Source: a virus
Lineage: Duplodnaviria > Caudoviricetes
Virus record (IMG/VR): IMGVR_UViG_3300045996_001284
Span: 1-57,928 of that record
DNA length: 57,928 bases
Strand: one strand, 5' to 3'
Below are positions 45,437-54,663 of this stretch, piece after piece (position 1 is the stretch's first letter; each line of letters begins with the position of its first letter). The notes beneath the pieces were generated by a model. It saw only the letters and a program-made list of their open reading frames with translations. It made no database searches and had not been told where the DNA came from. A program made the position numbers and the translations under genes.

Positions 45437-45754
45437 TCAGCCGGCCCTCTCAGCTTCCCGCCGCCGCTCGACCTGCTCCCGCGCCATGCGGGCGGTCGAG
45501 AACTCGATCACGCCGCCGTACTCACTGAGCCACTCACCCCCCATCTGCGCCCACCACTTGTCACCGACCGGCATGATGCGGGCGTTGAGCTTGGCGCTCG
45601 TGTAGCCGGTCTCATCCGTGCCGACCCAGGAGTCCACGGGCGGCGGGGTGACGACGGGCCAGATGCTGGCGGGGTGGGCGTAGCCCCACGGGCCGGTCAT
45701 CAGCACTTGACCCCAGAAGTGGACTGGGTAAGCGTCAAAAGCGCCTATCGCCAT
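45437..45754 (-). CDS. Hypothetical protein
   Basis: First ORF after the late promoter; start uncertain. Confidence 0.45.
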   Translation of the reverse strand: MAIGAFDAYPVHFWGQVLMTGPWGYAHPASIWPVVTPPPVDSWVGTDETGYTSAKLNARIMPVGDKWWAQMGGEWLSEYGGVIEFSTARMAREQVERRREAERAG

Positions 45755-45768
45755 GGCGTGGGCTCCGG

Positions 45769-45795
45769 AAACGCAAAAACCGCCCTTGTGGCGGT
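45769..45795 (-). terminator. tR'-like terminator after the late promoter
   Basis: ACCGCC-ACAAG-GGCGGT then TTTTGCGTTT. Confidence 0.7.
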
Positions 45796-45829
45796 CCTGT
45801 GACGCGTCTCCGCGCGTAGTGATTTGGGG

Positions 45830-45858
45830 GTGTAAAACATGCTATGGTCCCATGTCAA
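45830..45858 (-). promoter_or_regulatory. pR'-like late promoter
   Basis: TTGACA-N17-TTACAC at the end of the Q-like gene, followed by a terminator. Confidence 0.6.
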
Positions 45859-46427
45859 GCGTATTTCTTCCCAATCGCGTCCAGCCCCCTCTTGAGCATC
45901 CCTATCGCCTCCTCGGCCGTGAGCGCCCGGCGCCGCATGGTCTCCGCCACTGCGCTGGATGGGCTTTTGTTCTCCAGCACGATCTTGCGCGTAATCATCT
46001 CCACGAAATGCCCCTGCGGCAGCGCGAGCATGGCGTCCCGGCCCTCCTGCCACCTGCGCCAGGCGACGAAGTCAACCTGCGAGGCAGCCAGCATGTCACC
46101 GCCACCACCGCCCCTCGCCTCATTGACGTTGAGACAGGATTTCATCGGAGCCAGCGAGACGGCATGGTCGGCTGCCCACTGCTCGGCCGCCTGAAGCTGG
46201 CGCAGCGTGAGCTTGCCCGCCTTGTGGAGGCGTCGCACCTGCGGACCGCGGTGCTGCGACTTGCGCGCTCGCTCCTCGAGACGCTCATCCGCCGCCGTGA
46301 TGGGATCGGTGGTTCTGGGCTTATCCTGCGCGCGCAAGATGCGTCGCACCTCCGAGCGTCCCTTGCCGGGATACATGGCGAGGGCCGATTCGACCCGGCG
46401 GCGTAGGCTGGTCGCGGGTGCCATCAA
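45855..46427 (-). CDS. Late-gene regulator / antiterminator Q-like
   Basis: Position before pR'/tR'; LHKAGKLTLRQLQAAE...LKRGLDAI. Confidence 0.6.
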   Translation of the reverse strand: MMAPATSLRRRVESALAMYPGKGRSEVRRILRAQDKPRTTDPITAADERLEERARKSQHRGPQVRRLHKAGKLTLRQLQAAEQWAADHAVSLAPMKSCLNVNEARGGGGGDMLAASQVDFVAWRRWQEGRDAMLALPQGHFVEMITRKIVLENKSPSSAVAETMRRRALTAEEAIGMLKRGLDAIGKKYA

Positions 46428-46666
46428 GCGCCGTGTCCCTCGTCTTCGGGCTTCCGGTGTTCCCCGCGCTCATACCGGCTTGCTGCCTTGCGGAGCCAAT
46501 CAGCGGCGATCTCGCCGTCGCGCGCGACATCCCCTTCGGCCTCTTCGCGATCAGCCCACTCGCGCAGGTCCCGGACGATAGCCATGCGTTCCACATTGCG
46601 ACCCGCCTCAACGCCCATCTTGCGAGTCTCCACGATGAGATTCTGGTGCTCTCGCAAGGTGCTCAT
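46424..46666 (-). CDS. Hypothetical protein
   Basis: Coupled ORF. Confidence 0.5.
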   Translation of the reverse strand: MSTLREHQNLIVETRKMGVEAGRNVERMAIVRDLREWADREEAEGDVARDGEIAADWLRKAASRYERGEHRKPEDEGHGA

Positions 46667-47088
46667 CCGAAATCCCTCTGCGCCTGCCGCCACTCCTCAT
46701 CCCTTACCACGCGATATCCACCGGTGCAGTGGTCCGCAGGTATAGTCGCCATACAACGACGCACACCTGTGCCACGGGATTCGGCAACTGGCTCATGGTC
46801 CTCCAGGGCCAGCTTGCGCCAGCGGTCACGCTCCTGCTCCGCCTCGCGGAGGCGGCTGGCGAGGGCAACGAGCGCAGTCGCAATATCGCCCCTCACCGCG
46901 GAATCGTCCCGCTCGTCCATGCTGAGGCGGCGTCGCTTGCCGTCCCAGGCGTCACCGGCCGCGATGGCGGCAGCCATGCGTGGCCCGAAGTAGTCGAGCG
47001 CCCAGCATTCTCTTGGCTGGCCTTTGGCTTCGCATATGCAGCCGTTTTGGCAGCAGAACGCGCGTGACATGCGCTCGTGCTTATCCAC
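46663..47088 (-). CDS. Hypothetical protein
   Basis: Coupled ORF. Confidence 0.5.
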   Translation of the reverse strand: MDKHERMSRAFCCQNGCICEAKGQPRECWALDYFGPRMAAAIAAGDAWDGKRRRLSMDERDDSAVRGDIATALVALASRLREAEQERDRWRKLALEDHEPVAESRGTGVRRCMATIPADHCTGGYRVVRDEEWRQAQRDFG

Positions 47089-47320
47089 CCGCGTCCTCCC
47101 CCTGCCGTGCGCCGGGCTGGACGAGGGCGGCGCGTACGTCCCGCAGCAACCCGACCGTCGTCGTGATGACGCTCTGGTCGGTCAGCACCGCGCCATGCCG
47201 GGCCTCCCAGTCGGCCAGCTTGTCGAGCAGCGGCTTGAGTGCCGCGCGGGTTTGGCGCAGCTCGAGGTCCGGGTTCTGCTGGCGCGTGCTGGGGTCGCGC
47301 CACTCGGCGGGGGCGGTCAT
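47081..47320 (-). CDS. Hypothetical protein
   Basis: GGAGG RBS before MTAPAEW. Confidence 0.5.
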   Translation of the reverse strand: MTAPAEWRDPSTRQQNPDLELRQTRAALKPLLDKLADWEARHGAVLTDQSVITTTVGLLRDVRAALVQPGARQGEDAGG

Positions 47321-47658
47321 CGGTAAACCTCCACCGTCACCTCTCCTCCCGTCTCGCTCTTGCGTCTTGCAGGGCAAGTAGACCCATCGCTAGGGCGCAG
47401 ATGCCGGAAACCCACCCCAAAGTTCGCAGAGGCCCATCCATGCCTGCGTAAGCGATAAACAGACCGGCGAAGACACCACTCCAGAACTGCATGGTCACTG
47501 GTTGTCCTTAATGGCTTGGAACGCATCCGCAGCGGCGTCAGCTACGCCGATGGCCTCCGTGTCCCAGCCCATGTCCTGGAGCATTGCGATGACGCCCTTG
47601 GCGCAGGACAGCATCTCGGCGCTCATATCGCAGTCACAGGGGTCGTGGTCGTGCTCAC

Positions 47659-48009
47659 TCACCGCGTGTCTCCATCGCCCCGCAGTGTGCCCCTAGCCTT
47701 CCGGTCCGCGAGCTTGCGGAGGTTCATGCTGGCAATGTCCGCGAGGCTGAATCCCAGAAGCCGGGCGAGATTGGCGACGTACCAGAGCACGTCGCCCAGC
47801 TCGCGGGCCATGAGGTCGGTTTGCTCGTCGGTGAGTTCGCCGCCGTGGTCCCGGTAGAGCTTGCCGAGTTTTTCCGAGAACTCGCCGGCCTCTCCCGTGA
47901 GCTTCAGCGTGCAGTAGACCATCGGCGGGATACCGAGGTCACGATCGGACCAGACGGCGGTCTGCCATGCCCGCTCCTGGTAGTCGTCGAGGTCGTGGAC
48001 GACGTTCAT
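47659..48009 (-). CDS. mazG: MazG-like nucleotide pyrophosphohydrolase
   Basis: YQERA..TA, LTGEAGE..EK, ELGDVLWY, NLRKL..RKARGTLRGDGDTR. Confidence 0.9.
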   Translation of the reverse strand: MNVVHDLDDYQERAWQTAVWSDRDLGIPPMVYCTLKLTGEAGEFSEKLGKLYRDHGGELTDEQTDLMARELGDVLWYVANLARLLGFSLADIASMNLRKLADRKARGTLRGDGDTR

Positions 48010-48147
48010 GCTCGATCCTCCTGCGCCGCTGCTAGAGCCGCGTCCGCGATGCCGATGGCCTCCTCGTAGCTCAGGCCCTCGTGCAGTGCGGCCTCCAGGG
48101 CTGCGTACCAGACGGCCATGCTCGGCCTCTCGGTTTGGTCGCTCATG

Positions 48148-49467
48148 CTACAGTTCCGCCAGGTGGGGGCCGTGGGGGTGGATGAAGAACGCGGGCTGGT
48201 CCGTTTCCCCGATAGGGTCGCCCGTACCGTCGCGCGACTTGGCCACGTCCATCCACAGCGTCGTGACCGCGCCCAAATCAGGATGGAGGAATTTTTCCTC
48301 CTCCTTGTTGATCCGGGCGAGCCAATCGCAGGCGCGCATCAGGCCGTCGCTGCCCAACGTGTGGCCGTCTCGGTTCTGCTGGCTGGCAATGAACCACGTG
48401 GCACCATGTTTTGAGGCGAAAGCCTGGAGCCAGTAGGCGACCTCTTCGAGGTGTTGGCTCCGGTTGTCGCAGCGCCCGTCAGGGGTGACGAGCTGGTAAT
48501 AGTCGAGGAAGAAAACCTGACACTTGCGCCGCGTAAGATGCTCGCTAGCAAGCTGCTTTAGCTGAGCGAACGTTATTCCAGGGCAGTCCTCAATAACCAA
48601 CTCTTTCGGCAGCGTCGGAGCCAGTCTAGCCATTTCTGAGACAAGGCCGGCATTGGGGTAGCGAAAACGTTGGGATTTAAAAGACCCCAGGTGACCCATC
48701 ATGCGCTTTGCTAGACGCATACGCCCCATCTCAGCGGCGAAGTAACAGCAGGGAACACCACTCATCGCGATATTGACCGCAACGGTATGAAGTGTTCCCG
48801 ACTTGAAGCCAGCCGGTCGGGCTTCAAAGCCTACGATGTAACCGTAGGGGACTCCTCCGCCGACCGACTCGTCCAGCCTAGCGAGGCCGGTCGAGAGCAT
48901 TTCTCGCGGGTTGAGCATCTCGTCCGAGATGTCGCTCGCCACATCGAACAGGCTCTTGCCCAGCGACTTCGCATCATCGCGGGCGGCTGCTTCCAGGGCT
49001 CCACCCATCTCCGCCCAGATGACAGCCGCATCGGCGTTATCGGCGCGGTTGTCAGCCCGGTCTGCCATGGCTCGGGCTGCCTCAGCCAAACGGCGGCGGC
49101 GAGCGGCGTCCCGAACCGTGCGGGCATACTCGACCGCGTTCACGATGGACTCGGCGCGCGCGCCAAGCTCCGCGAGGTATTTTCTTCCTCCAAGCTCGAT
49201 GAGAGCGGGCTCGGTCTCAAACCACATACCGAGCGACACGGGGTCGGAAAGCCGGCCAGCCTCAACATCAACGCAGAGCCGGGACCAGATGCGACCGTGA
49301 ACGGGCTCGAAGAAGTCCCCGGCACTCAGGAACGGCGCTCGGCGCACCACCGCGTTGTTGACGAGTGCGGCGCCCAGAATTGCTTGCTCGGCCTCGACGT
49401 TGTGCAAGGGAGCAGAGCGAGGGGCAGAATTTTGGCCGTACAGGTAATGTACCTCAGCAGCGCGCAT
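48148..49467 (-). CDS. DnaB-like replicative helicase (divergent Walker A)
   Basis: HNVEAEQAILGA, STGLARLD, EM, LDYYQLV, SQQNRD, VAKSRDG. Confidence 0.85.
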   Translation of the reverse strand: MRAAEVHYLYGQNSAPRSAPLHNVEAEQAILGAALVNNAVVRRAPFLSAGDFFEPVHGRIWSRLCVDVEAGRLSDPVSLGMWFETEPALIELGGRKYLAELGARAESIVNAVEYARTVRDAARRRRLAEAARAMADRADNRADNADAAVIWAEMGGALEAAARDDAKSLGKSLFDVASDISDEMLNPREMLSTGLARLDESVGGGVPYGYIVGFEARPAGFKSGTLHTVAVNIAMSGVPCCYFAAEMGRMRLAKRMMGHLGSFKSQRFRYPNAGLVSEMARLAPTLPKELVIEDCPGITFAQLKQLASEHLTRRKCQVFFLDYYQLVTPDGRCDNRSQHLEEVAYWLQAFASKHGATWFIASQQNRDGHTLGSDGLMRACDWLARINKEEEKFLHPDLGAVTTLWMDVAKSRDGTGDPIGETDQPAFFIHPHGPHLAEL

Positions 49468-50314
49468 CGGCTATCTCCCGCATCCGGGCGACGACAGCCC
49501 TGCCTCCTTCAGCCGTGTAGACATCGAGTCCAGTTGCCGCGATTTCGAGCCTAGCCTGCCTCTCGATCTTCGGACGCTCAAACTTGTCGAGGAGAAGCTG
49601 GTCACCCTTCGAAACAGCGGGCTTCTTGTTCCCGCCAGAGCGCTTCAGCTCGTCCACCATCCAGCTTTTCGGCTCAGCCGGGGTAGACTTGAGAGCCTTG
49701 AAGTAGGCTGCGAAGACCGGGCCTTCGCCGTGGTCCCGGCACCATGCCGCAATCAGCCGGCCAGGGTCTTTGCCCCCGAGCCAAGCCTTCATCTCAGCCC
49801 AGAGCAGGACCTTGGCGCCCCCCTCGGGGCGCGTCTGAGACGCTGTGTTGGTAGGGAGATTCCTACCCTTCGTAGAGGACTCCTGATTCTTAGATTCTTC
49901 TCTTTCTTGTTCTGTGCGTTGGGCCTGCGTTAGGTCTGCGTTAGATGCCCCGTTAGGCTTTGCGTTAGCCTCTGCGTTAGGCGTGTCGCCTCCCGACTGG
50001 TAAGTGTCGAAATTCGTTATGGTAATCAGCGTAAGCCCTGCGTTAGCCTCTGCGCTAACCATTGCGTTACGCTGCAGCGCAGCTAGTGCAGTGCGGAAAT
50101 TCTGGTACGTCATGCCGGAACGCTCGGCAAAGTCCCTGGCAGACACCACCAGCTGGCCCCTTTCCAGCTTCACCGCCTTGCTCCGGAACGTCACCGTGCA
50201 GGGCTTGAAGGCTGCAGCGGCGACCATGCGGAAGAAAGCCGCGAAATTGTTCGGGGCGTGCAGCACGGGGTGGTCGAGCGCTGCACGGTGAAGCTTCACC
50301 CATCCGTCGCTCAC
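49454..50314 (-). CDS. Replication initiator protein (lambda O-like)
   Basis: MSDGWVKLHR, LERGQLVVS, LITITNFDTYQ; internal iterons. Confidence 0.85.
   Translation of the reverse strand: MSDGWVKLHRAALDHPVLHAPNNFAAFFRMVAAAAFKPCTVTFRSKAVKLERGQLVVSARDFAERSGMTYQNFRTALAALQRNAMVSAEANAGLTLITITNFDTYQSGGDTPNAEANAKPNGASNADLTQAQRTEQEREESKNQESSTKGRNLPTNTASQTRPEGGAKVLLWAEMKAWLGGKDPGRLIAAWCRDHGEGPVFAAYFKALKSTPAEPKSWMVDELKRSGGNKKPAVSKGDQLLLDKFERPKIERQARLEIAATGLDVYTAEGGRAVVARMREIADARC
49915..49982. repeat. Iteron array (six CTAACGCA-like units, 11-12 bp period), probable origin
   Basis: Repeated TGCGTTAG on the + strand inside the initiator gene, next to a strand-asymmetric A/T-rich tract. Confidence 0.75.
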
Positions 50315-50520
50315 AGCCCGCCTCCCGCCTGGAGGTCGGCAATCACAGCCTGCATGTCTGCCGTCACGGCGCGGAGGCGCTCGATCTCGGCTATGGCGTC
50401 GCGCATCTCGTCACGAATGATGGGCCGCGTGAACCCGTCTTCGGACCGAGCACGCAGCCGCACAACGATGTCAGAAGAATCTTGACGTGCGGGGGCATCT
50501 GCCCCATTGTCACGGGACAT
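50311..50520 (-). CDS. Hypothetical protein
   Basis: DIVVRLR...AIAEIERLR. Confidence 0.55.
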   Translation of the reverse strand: MSRDNGADAPARQDSSDIVVRLRARSEDGFTRPIIRDEMRDAIAEIERLRAVTADMQAVIADLQAGGGL

Positions 50521-50955
50521 CGACGAGCCTTTCGCATTCGACGCGGCCGGTATCCTTGGCGGGGTGACCGGCCGCAGTCATGTTGAACCCGGAATTGCTA
50601 GCACACTCCGCGCGCGCGGGCCACATTTTCATGGCCCCGCCTTCGCCCTTGCCTTGGTCGCAAGCCACGCCTGCAAGTCGCGTAAGCGAGCGCAGACCTT
50701 TGCCGCGACCCAGTAGCCTGGCATGCCCCAGCGCCAGAAGTCGAGCGCTATCACACGCATCTCCTCCGCCTTGCGGCGGTACTCGGCGGCGGACAAAGGC
50801 TCGCTCATGGCTGCCTCGCCCGCAGCACTTCCCGCAGTGCGGCTAGGCGCAGTCTTTCGACTAGTTCGCTATTCGGGAACCGCTCAGTCAGCGCCGCCGC
50901 GAGCGCGTAGAGCCGGGTCGCATGCATGCGTGCATGCGTGCGTGCATCGGGGGCT

Positions 50956-51360
50956 TCAGTCATGGGGCGGCTCCCCGCTCTGCATTAGCCGCCACCAGCC
51001 TTGGCCGTGCGTTATCTCGCGGTCGTTTATGGATGAGCAAATGAAATAAGGGACCCCTTTCATAGTGAAATGCTCGGCGTCGAGACAAAATCCTCGAATG
51101 TGAAATGTCGGGAAGCCCTCTTCGCTAAGTCCTGTGTAAATACGGGTCAGAAAATGGGGTCGTGGATCGCCGTCCCGCCTCAGCTCGAACGGCGTGCCGT
51201 CGCTGGGCGGGAAATGGGCCAGCCCCAGCCGCGTCCACCCGCCCCGCAGGCGCTCGATTTCGGCCTCGGCCTCGTAGAGGGTCGCAGCAGGACCCCGCCA
51301 GCCCTGCTCATCCGCGAACAGGGCCAAGCTGCGGACCTTCTCTAGGATGTCCTCATCCAT
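50956..51360 (-). CDS. Hypothetical protein
   Basis: MDEDILEK...EAEAEIERLR. Confidence 0.55.
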   Translation of the reverse strand: MDEDILEKVRSLALFADEQGWRGPAATLYEAEAEIERLRGGWTRLGLAHFPPSDGTPFELRRDGDPRPHFLTRIYTGLSEEGFPTFHIRGFCLDAEHFTMKGVPYFICSSINDREITHGQGWWRLMQSGEPPHD

Positions 51361-51556
51361 CCGCGGCGGCCTCGACGGCTCGCAACTCCGCCGCTTGGCG
51401 GTACTCCTCGGCAAGAGCCAGGAACGCCATCGCCTCCAGCGGCTCGCCTTCGGCCTTAAGCGCGTCGGCTCGGCGGATGCAGTCCTCAGCCTTATCGCGC
51501 AGCGTCTCAGGCCGCTCGTGGAGGCCTATGGGGAGGTAGTCGCGGCCACGAGTCAT
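51353..51556 (-). CDS. Hypothetical protein
   Basis: Coupled ORF. Confidence 0.55.
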   Translation of the reverse strand: MTRGRDYLPIGLHERPETLRDKAEDCIRRADALKAEGEPLEAMAFLALAEEYRQAAELRAVEAAADG

Positions 51557-51861
51557 GCGTCTATTACCTCCCGCAAAAACTCCTGCCGCTCATCCTCGCT
51601 GGCTAACCTCCAGGCGCTGCGGAGGTTGGCGAGCCTGCTCTTCGGCTTGCGGATGCCGGCCTGCACGCTGGCGTCGGTTACGCGCATGCGGCCAGCCTCG
51701 ACCTCACGCACGAGCTGGAGGAGAGCCGGGTTTTCGGCTGCTGCGCGGCGGAGGCGACCGAGGCTGTCACGGCCCACACCGCCCTTCAGCGGCAGCGCTT
51801 GCCTCTCCCATCCGGCACGGGCCGCCGAAGCCAGCTCGCGAAGGCGGTCGGCGATGCTCAT
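51553..51861 (-). CDS. Hypothetical protein, paralogous to the C-terminus of 51858..52550
   Basis: VEAGRMRVTDASVQAGIRK...AWRLASEDERQEFL. Confidence 0.65.
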   Translation of the reverse strand: MSIADRLRELASAARAGWERQALPLKGGVGRDSLGRLRRAAAENPALLQLVREVEAGRMRVTDASVQAGIRKPKSRLANLRSAWRLASEDERQEFLREVIDA

Positions 51862-52550
51862 GCCACGCGACTCTCGTGGCGATACCATTCCGCGATGTAT
51901 TCCTCGAATTGGCCTCGTTCGGCCTCGGATGCCCGGCGCCACGCAGCACACAGCTCCTGGTAGGGCGTGCGCTGCTTGCGCCAGCCCATCTCGACGGCGG
52001 CCTTGTGCGGACTCAGCTTGCCGGCCGTTACCTGATCCCACAGCCTGGAGGCTTCAGGGTCACCATCCTCTCTGGCTTCCCATAGCTGCTTGACGGCTTT
52101 CGCCCTTGCGTTTCCTTTGGGGGCAGCCGGGAGGTCAAGAGATACATTGTTACTCTTGACCTCCTCACGCTGATGCTGATTGTTGCCGTTCGGATTGCGT
52201 AGTCCGCCGTGGGGCCTCTCAATGGCCTTCAACCATAAGGCGAGCGCCTCCGCGTTGTCCGAGATTAGTCTCTCAACCGTCGCATAATCGGAGTTTAGTC
52301 CTATCGGAGCGGGATTGTGAACGAGGTTGTAGATGCTTCCGGCGCTGACAACCCGGCCAAGCTCAGAGCGGCGATCTTCCCATGCGCGGGTTTCAAGGAT
52401 CAGCTTCACCCAAACTGCCGCATCCTTGGCGCGGCCAATGCCCGTCAGGCAGTGGAATAGCTGGGTGACGTAACTGCCCCTGACATTGATGAGCCGCTCC
52501 TCCTCATTCGCCGGGAGCTGCACGAACTGCCGATGGATGACGTTGGTCAT
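51858..52550 (-). CDS. Hypothetical DNA-binding-like protein
   Basis: HGG.RNPNGNNQH, GNARAKAV..L, VTAGKLSPHKAAVEMGWRK...AWRRASEAERGQF. Confidence 0.7.
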   Translation of the reverse strand: MTNVIHRQFVQLPANEEERLINVRGSYVTQLFHCLTGIGRAKDAAVWVKLILETRAWEDRRSELGRVVSAGSIYNLVHNPAPIGLNSDYATVERLISDNAEALALWLKAIERPHGGLRNPNGNNQHQREEVKSNNVSLDLPAAPKGNARAKAVKQLWEAREDGDPEASRLWDQVTAGKLSPHKAAVEMGWRKQRTPYQELCAAWRRASEAERGQFEEYIAEWYRHESRVA

Positions 52551-53995
52551 GCTGCCTCGTCCTTCATCTCGGCCATGTCCATCAGGATGCGGGCAACATC
52601 GGCGACACTCATGCGGGCATAGTAGTCATCCCGACGCATGAAGATTCGTGCCTTGTCGAGCCACGCCGGCGAGATGTCCCGTTTGCCGAAAATGATCCCG
52701 CGCTGCTCAGCCTCCGAGCTGATAATAGTAACGTTGCGATGAGCGCCGCGATTAATGGCGCCAGTTGCTCCGGCCTTCTCCTCGCCCAAGGCATGCCTGA
52801 CTTCCTTGTCGATCTCCAGAGCCCATTTCTTCAGGTCGGGATCGCCAGGAATGAACATATATGCCCGCTCGGCCTCGGCCGCCTTCTGGACACGGACCAG
52901 CCGACCGACCGCTTGGCGGAAGCGAAGCGAGGTGCGGACAACGGTGCAGTATGCGCCGACTCGCAGCCGTGGAATGTCCACGCCCTCGCTCACCATGTTG
53001 ATAGCGACCAGCCAGCGATGAGTGCCGCCGGCAAAGTTCTCGATCAGCTCAGCAGCGCGAGGAACCTCCTGCGTCACCACTACCGGGTCTTCGCCGCTGA
53101 TCTCCCGGATCACACCAGCGAGGCGCTCCACATGCTCGGTATTCCAGCCGATCGCCAAGCCGCCGGCTGTTTCATGATACCCACCTTGCGCGCGTATCTC
53201 GGATAGCTTCTCGTTCGCAAGCGTGAGAAGTTCCCGGCAGCCATCGGTGTCCGGGTCAACGGCCGCCCTGAGACGAGCACCGAAATCCCGCTTGCGGATT
53301 TGGTCCGTAAAGCTCGCCGCGGACCGTACATCGCCGCGTTGCCACTGGTGCAAGCCGTCCAGCCACGGCAGTTCCACCGGCCGGCACACGCCTTCACTGA
53401 TGGCTGCCGTATACCCATAGGTGCAGTCGGCAACGCTCTGCCGGGTCTCCGGGCTGTAAAAAACGTAAGGAATGGGGCAGTCGTCCTCCCTGAACGGAGT
53501 GCCGCTCAACAGCATGCGATAAGCTGCGGCATTGAACGCCACCTTGACCTTGTCGCCCCAGTCCTTTGACTGACCACAATGGTGAATCTCGTCCAGGATG
53601 ACCATGGTCGGAGCAAGCTCAAGCCATTCAGCAATGGCTTCCGGCATGGTGATGACCTGCTGATAGGTCATGACGACGGCCTGCACGCCAAACGGCAGGG
53701 GCTCCTGCGTAAGGTCGGCCGTCCTTGTCACTAGCGCTTTGGCGTTGATCCCGACCTCGGCACACTTGCGGACCCACTGCGAGCGCAAAGCGTCTGATGG
53801 ACAGACGATCACGATGCGCTGGAGCGGAAGCGCGTCAAGCAGGCGCCTGGCACACATCAGCGACGCCATGGTCTTGCCGGCTCCAGGCGTAGCGACCAGA
53901 AGGAAGTCCTTGCTCCGGTTAACGACGGCGTGTTTGAGGCACAACCCGATCGCTTCGATCTGCCAAGCCCTCGGCTTCAACTCGTTAAAGTCCAT
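52547..53995 (-). CDS. Superfamily 2 (DEAD/DEAH) helicase
   Basis: ATPGAGKT, ILDEIHH, LSGTPFRED, MVSEGVDIPRL, QAVGRLVR. Confidence 0.92.
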   Translation of the reverse strand: MDFNELKPRAWQIEAIGLCLKHAVVNRSKDFLLVATPGAGKTMASLMCARRLLDALPLQRIVIVCPSDALRSQWVRKCAEVGINAKALVTRTADLTQEPLPFGVQAVVMTYQQVITMPEAIAEWLELAPTMVILDEIHHCGQSKDWGDKVKVAFNAAAYRMLLSGTPFREDDCPIPYVFYSPETRQSVADCTYGYTAAISEGVCRPVELPWLDGLHQWQRGDVRSAASFTDQIRKRDFGARLRAAVDPDTDGCRELLTLANEKLSEIRAQGGYHETAGGLAIGWNTEHVERLAGVIREISGEDPVVVTQEVPRAAELIENFAGGTHRWLVAINMVSEGVDIPRLRVGAYCTVVRTSLRFRQAVGRLVRVQKAAEAERAYMFIPGDPDLKKWALEIDKEVRHALGEEKAGATGAINRGAHRNVTIISSEAEQRGIIFGKRDISPAWLDKARIFMRRDDYYARMSVADVARILMDMAEMKDEAA

Positions 53996-54016
53996 TTCTG
54001 TGCTCCGCTCCGCGCG

Positions 54017-54370
54017 CTAGAGAACGATCACGTTGAGATGCCGCGCCCGCAGTGCCGCCCGCTTGGCCCGGCTCGCCTGAGTGTCCCGACCCTTCACGTC
54101 CACCAGCCGCCCACGAAACGTGCCGTCTGGATAGACCTCCAGAATGGCCAGAGCGTCGGCGCGGTAGCGGACTGCCCGGCCCTGCTCGTCGCGCCCCATC
54201 TCGAAGCCGGGTTGAGGTATCCAATCCAAGATTAAGCCGGCCGTCTTCTCGGCGTTCATCTCCATCGCGATACGGGCCTCTTTCTTGGAGTCATAGAGCC
54301 GCAGCGCGCCTGTCGGATCGGGCGCTGGTGTTCGCTTGTTGCGATACTTCGTGCCAGTCCATCCCTTCAT
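54017..54370 (-). CDS. DUF1064-like PD-(D/E)xK endonuclease
   Basis: KYRNKRT...YDSKKEA...QP.F...YRAD...VDVKG. Confidence 0.75.
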   Translation of the reverse strand: MKGWTGTKYRNKRTPAPDPTGALRLYDSKKEARIAMEMNAEKTAGLILDWIPQPGFEMGRDEQGRAVRYRADALAILEVYPDGTFRGRLVDVKGRDTQASRAKRAALRARHLNVIVL

Positions 54371-54663
54371 CGGCAGCCACCAGCCAGTCGCAGCTCCAGC
54401 GCCCGCACGCCTGATCGCAGCGCCTCAACGCGCGTCGCCAGAGCTAGTGGACCGGTCACCAGTGGCAGCGCCGCCTCGGCCTCCAGTCGGTGCAGCGCCC
54501 GCTCCAGCATCGGGCTCTGTCGTTGCGGAGCGCCGACCCGTGCCCGAGCCAACACCCGGCGATAGCGTGCCTCCAGAGCGTGCTCAGGGCCGCAGTGCTT
54601 TGACTGCACGCCGTTCGTGTGGCGCGGGACATGGATGCCGCAGATCGGGCAGCGGACGGTCAT
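54367..54663 (-). CDS. Small zinc-finger hypothetical protein
   Basis: CPICG...KHCGPEH. Confidence 0.55.
   Translation of the reverse strand: MTVRCPICGIHVPRHTNGVQSKHCGPEHALEARYRRVLARARVGAPQRQSPMLERALHRLEAEAALPLVTGPLALATRVEALRSGVRALELRLAGGCR

Noticed and set aside
50920-50947. GCAT/GCGT simple repeat
   Set aside because: Short low-complexity tract with no supporting context.
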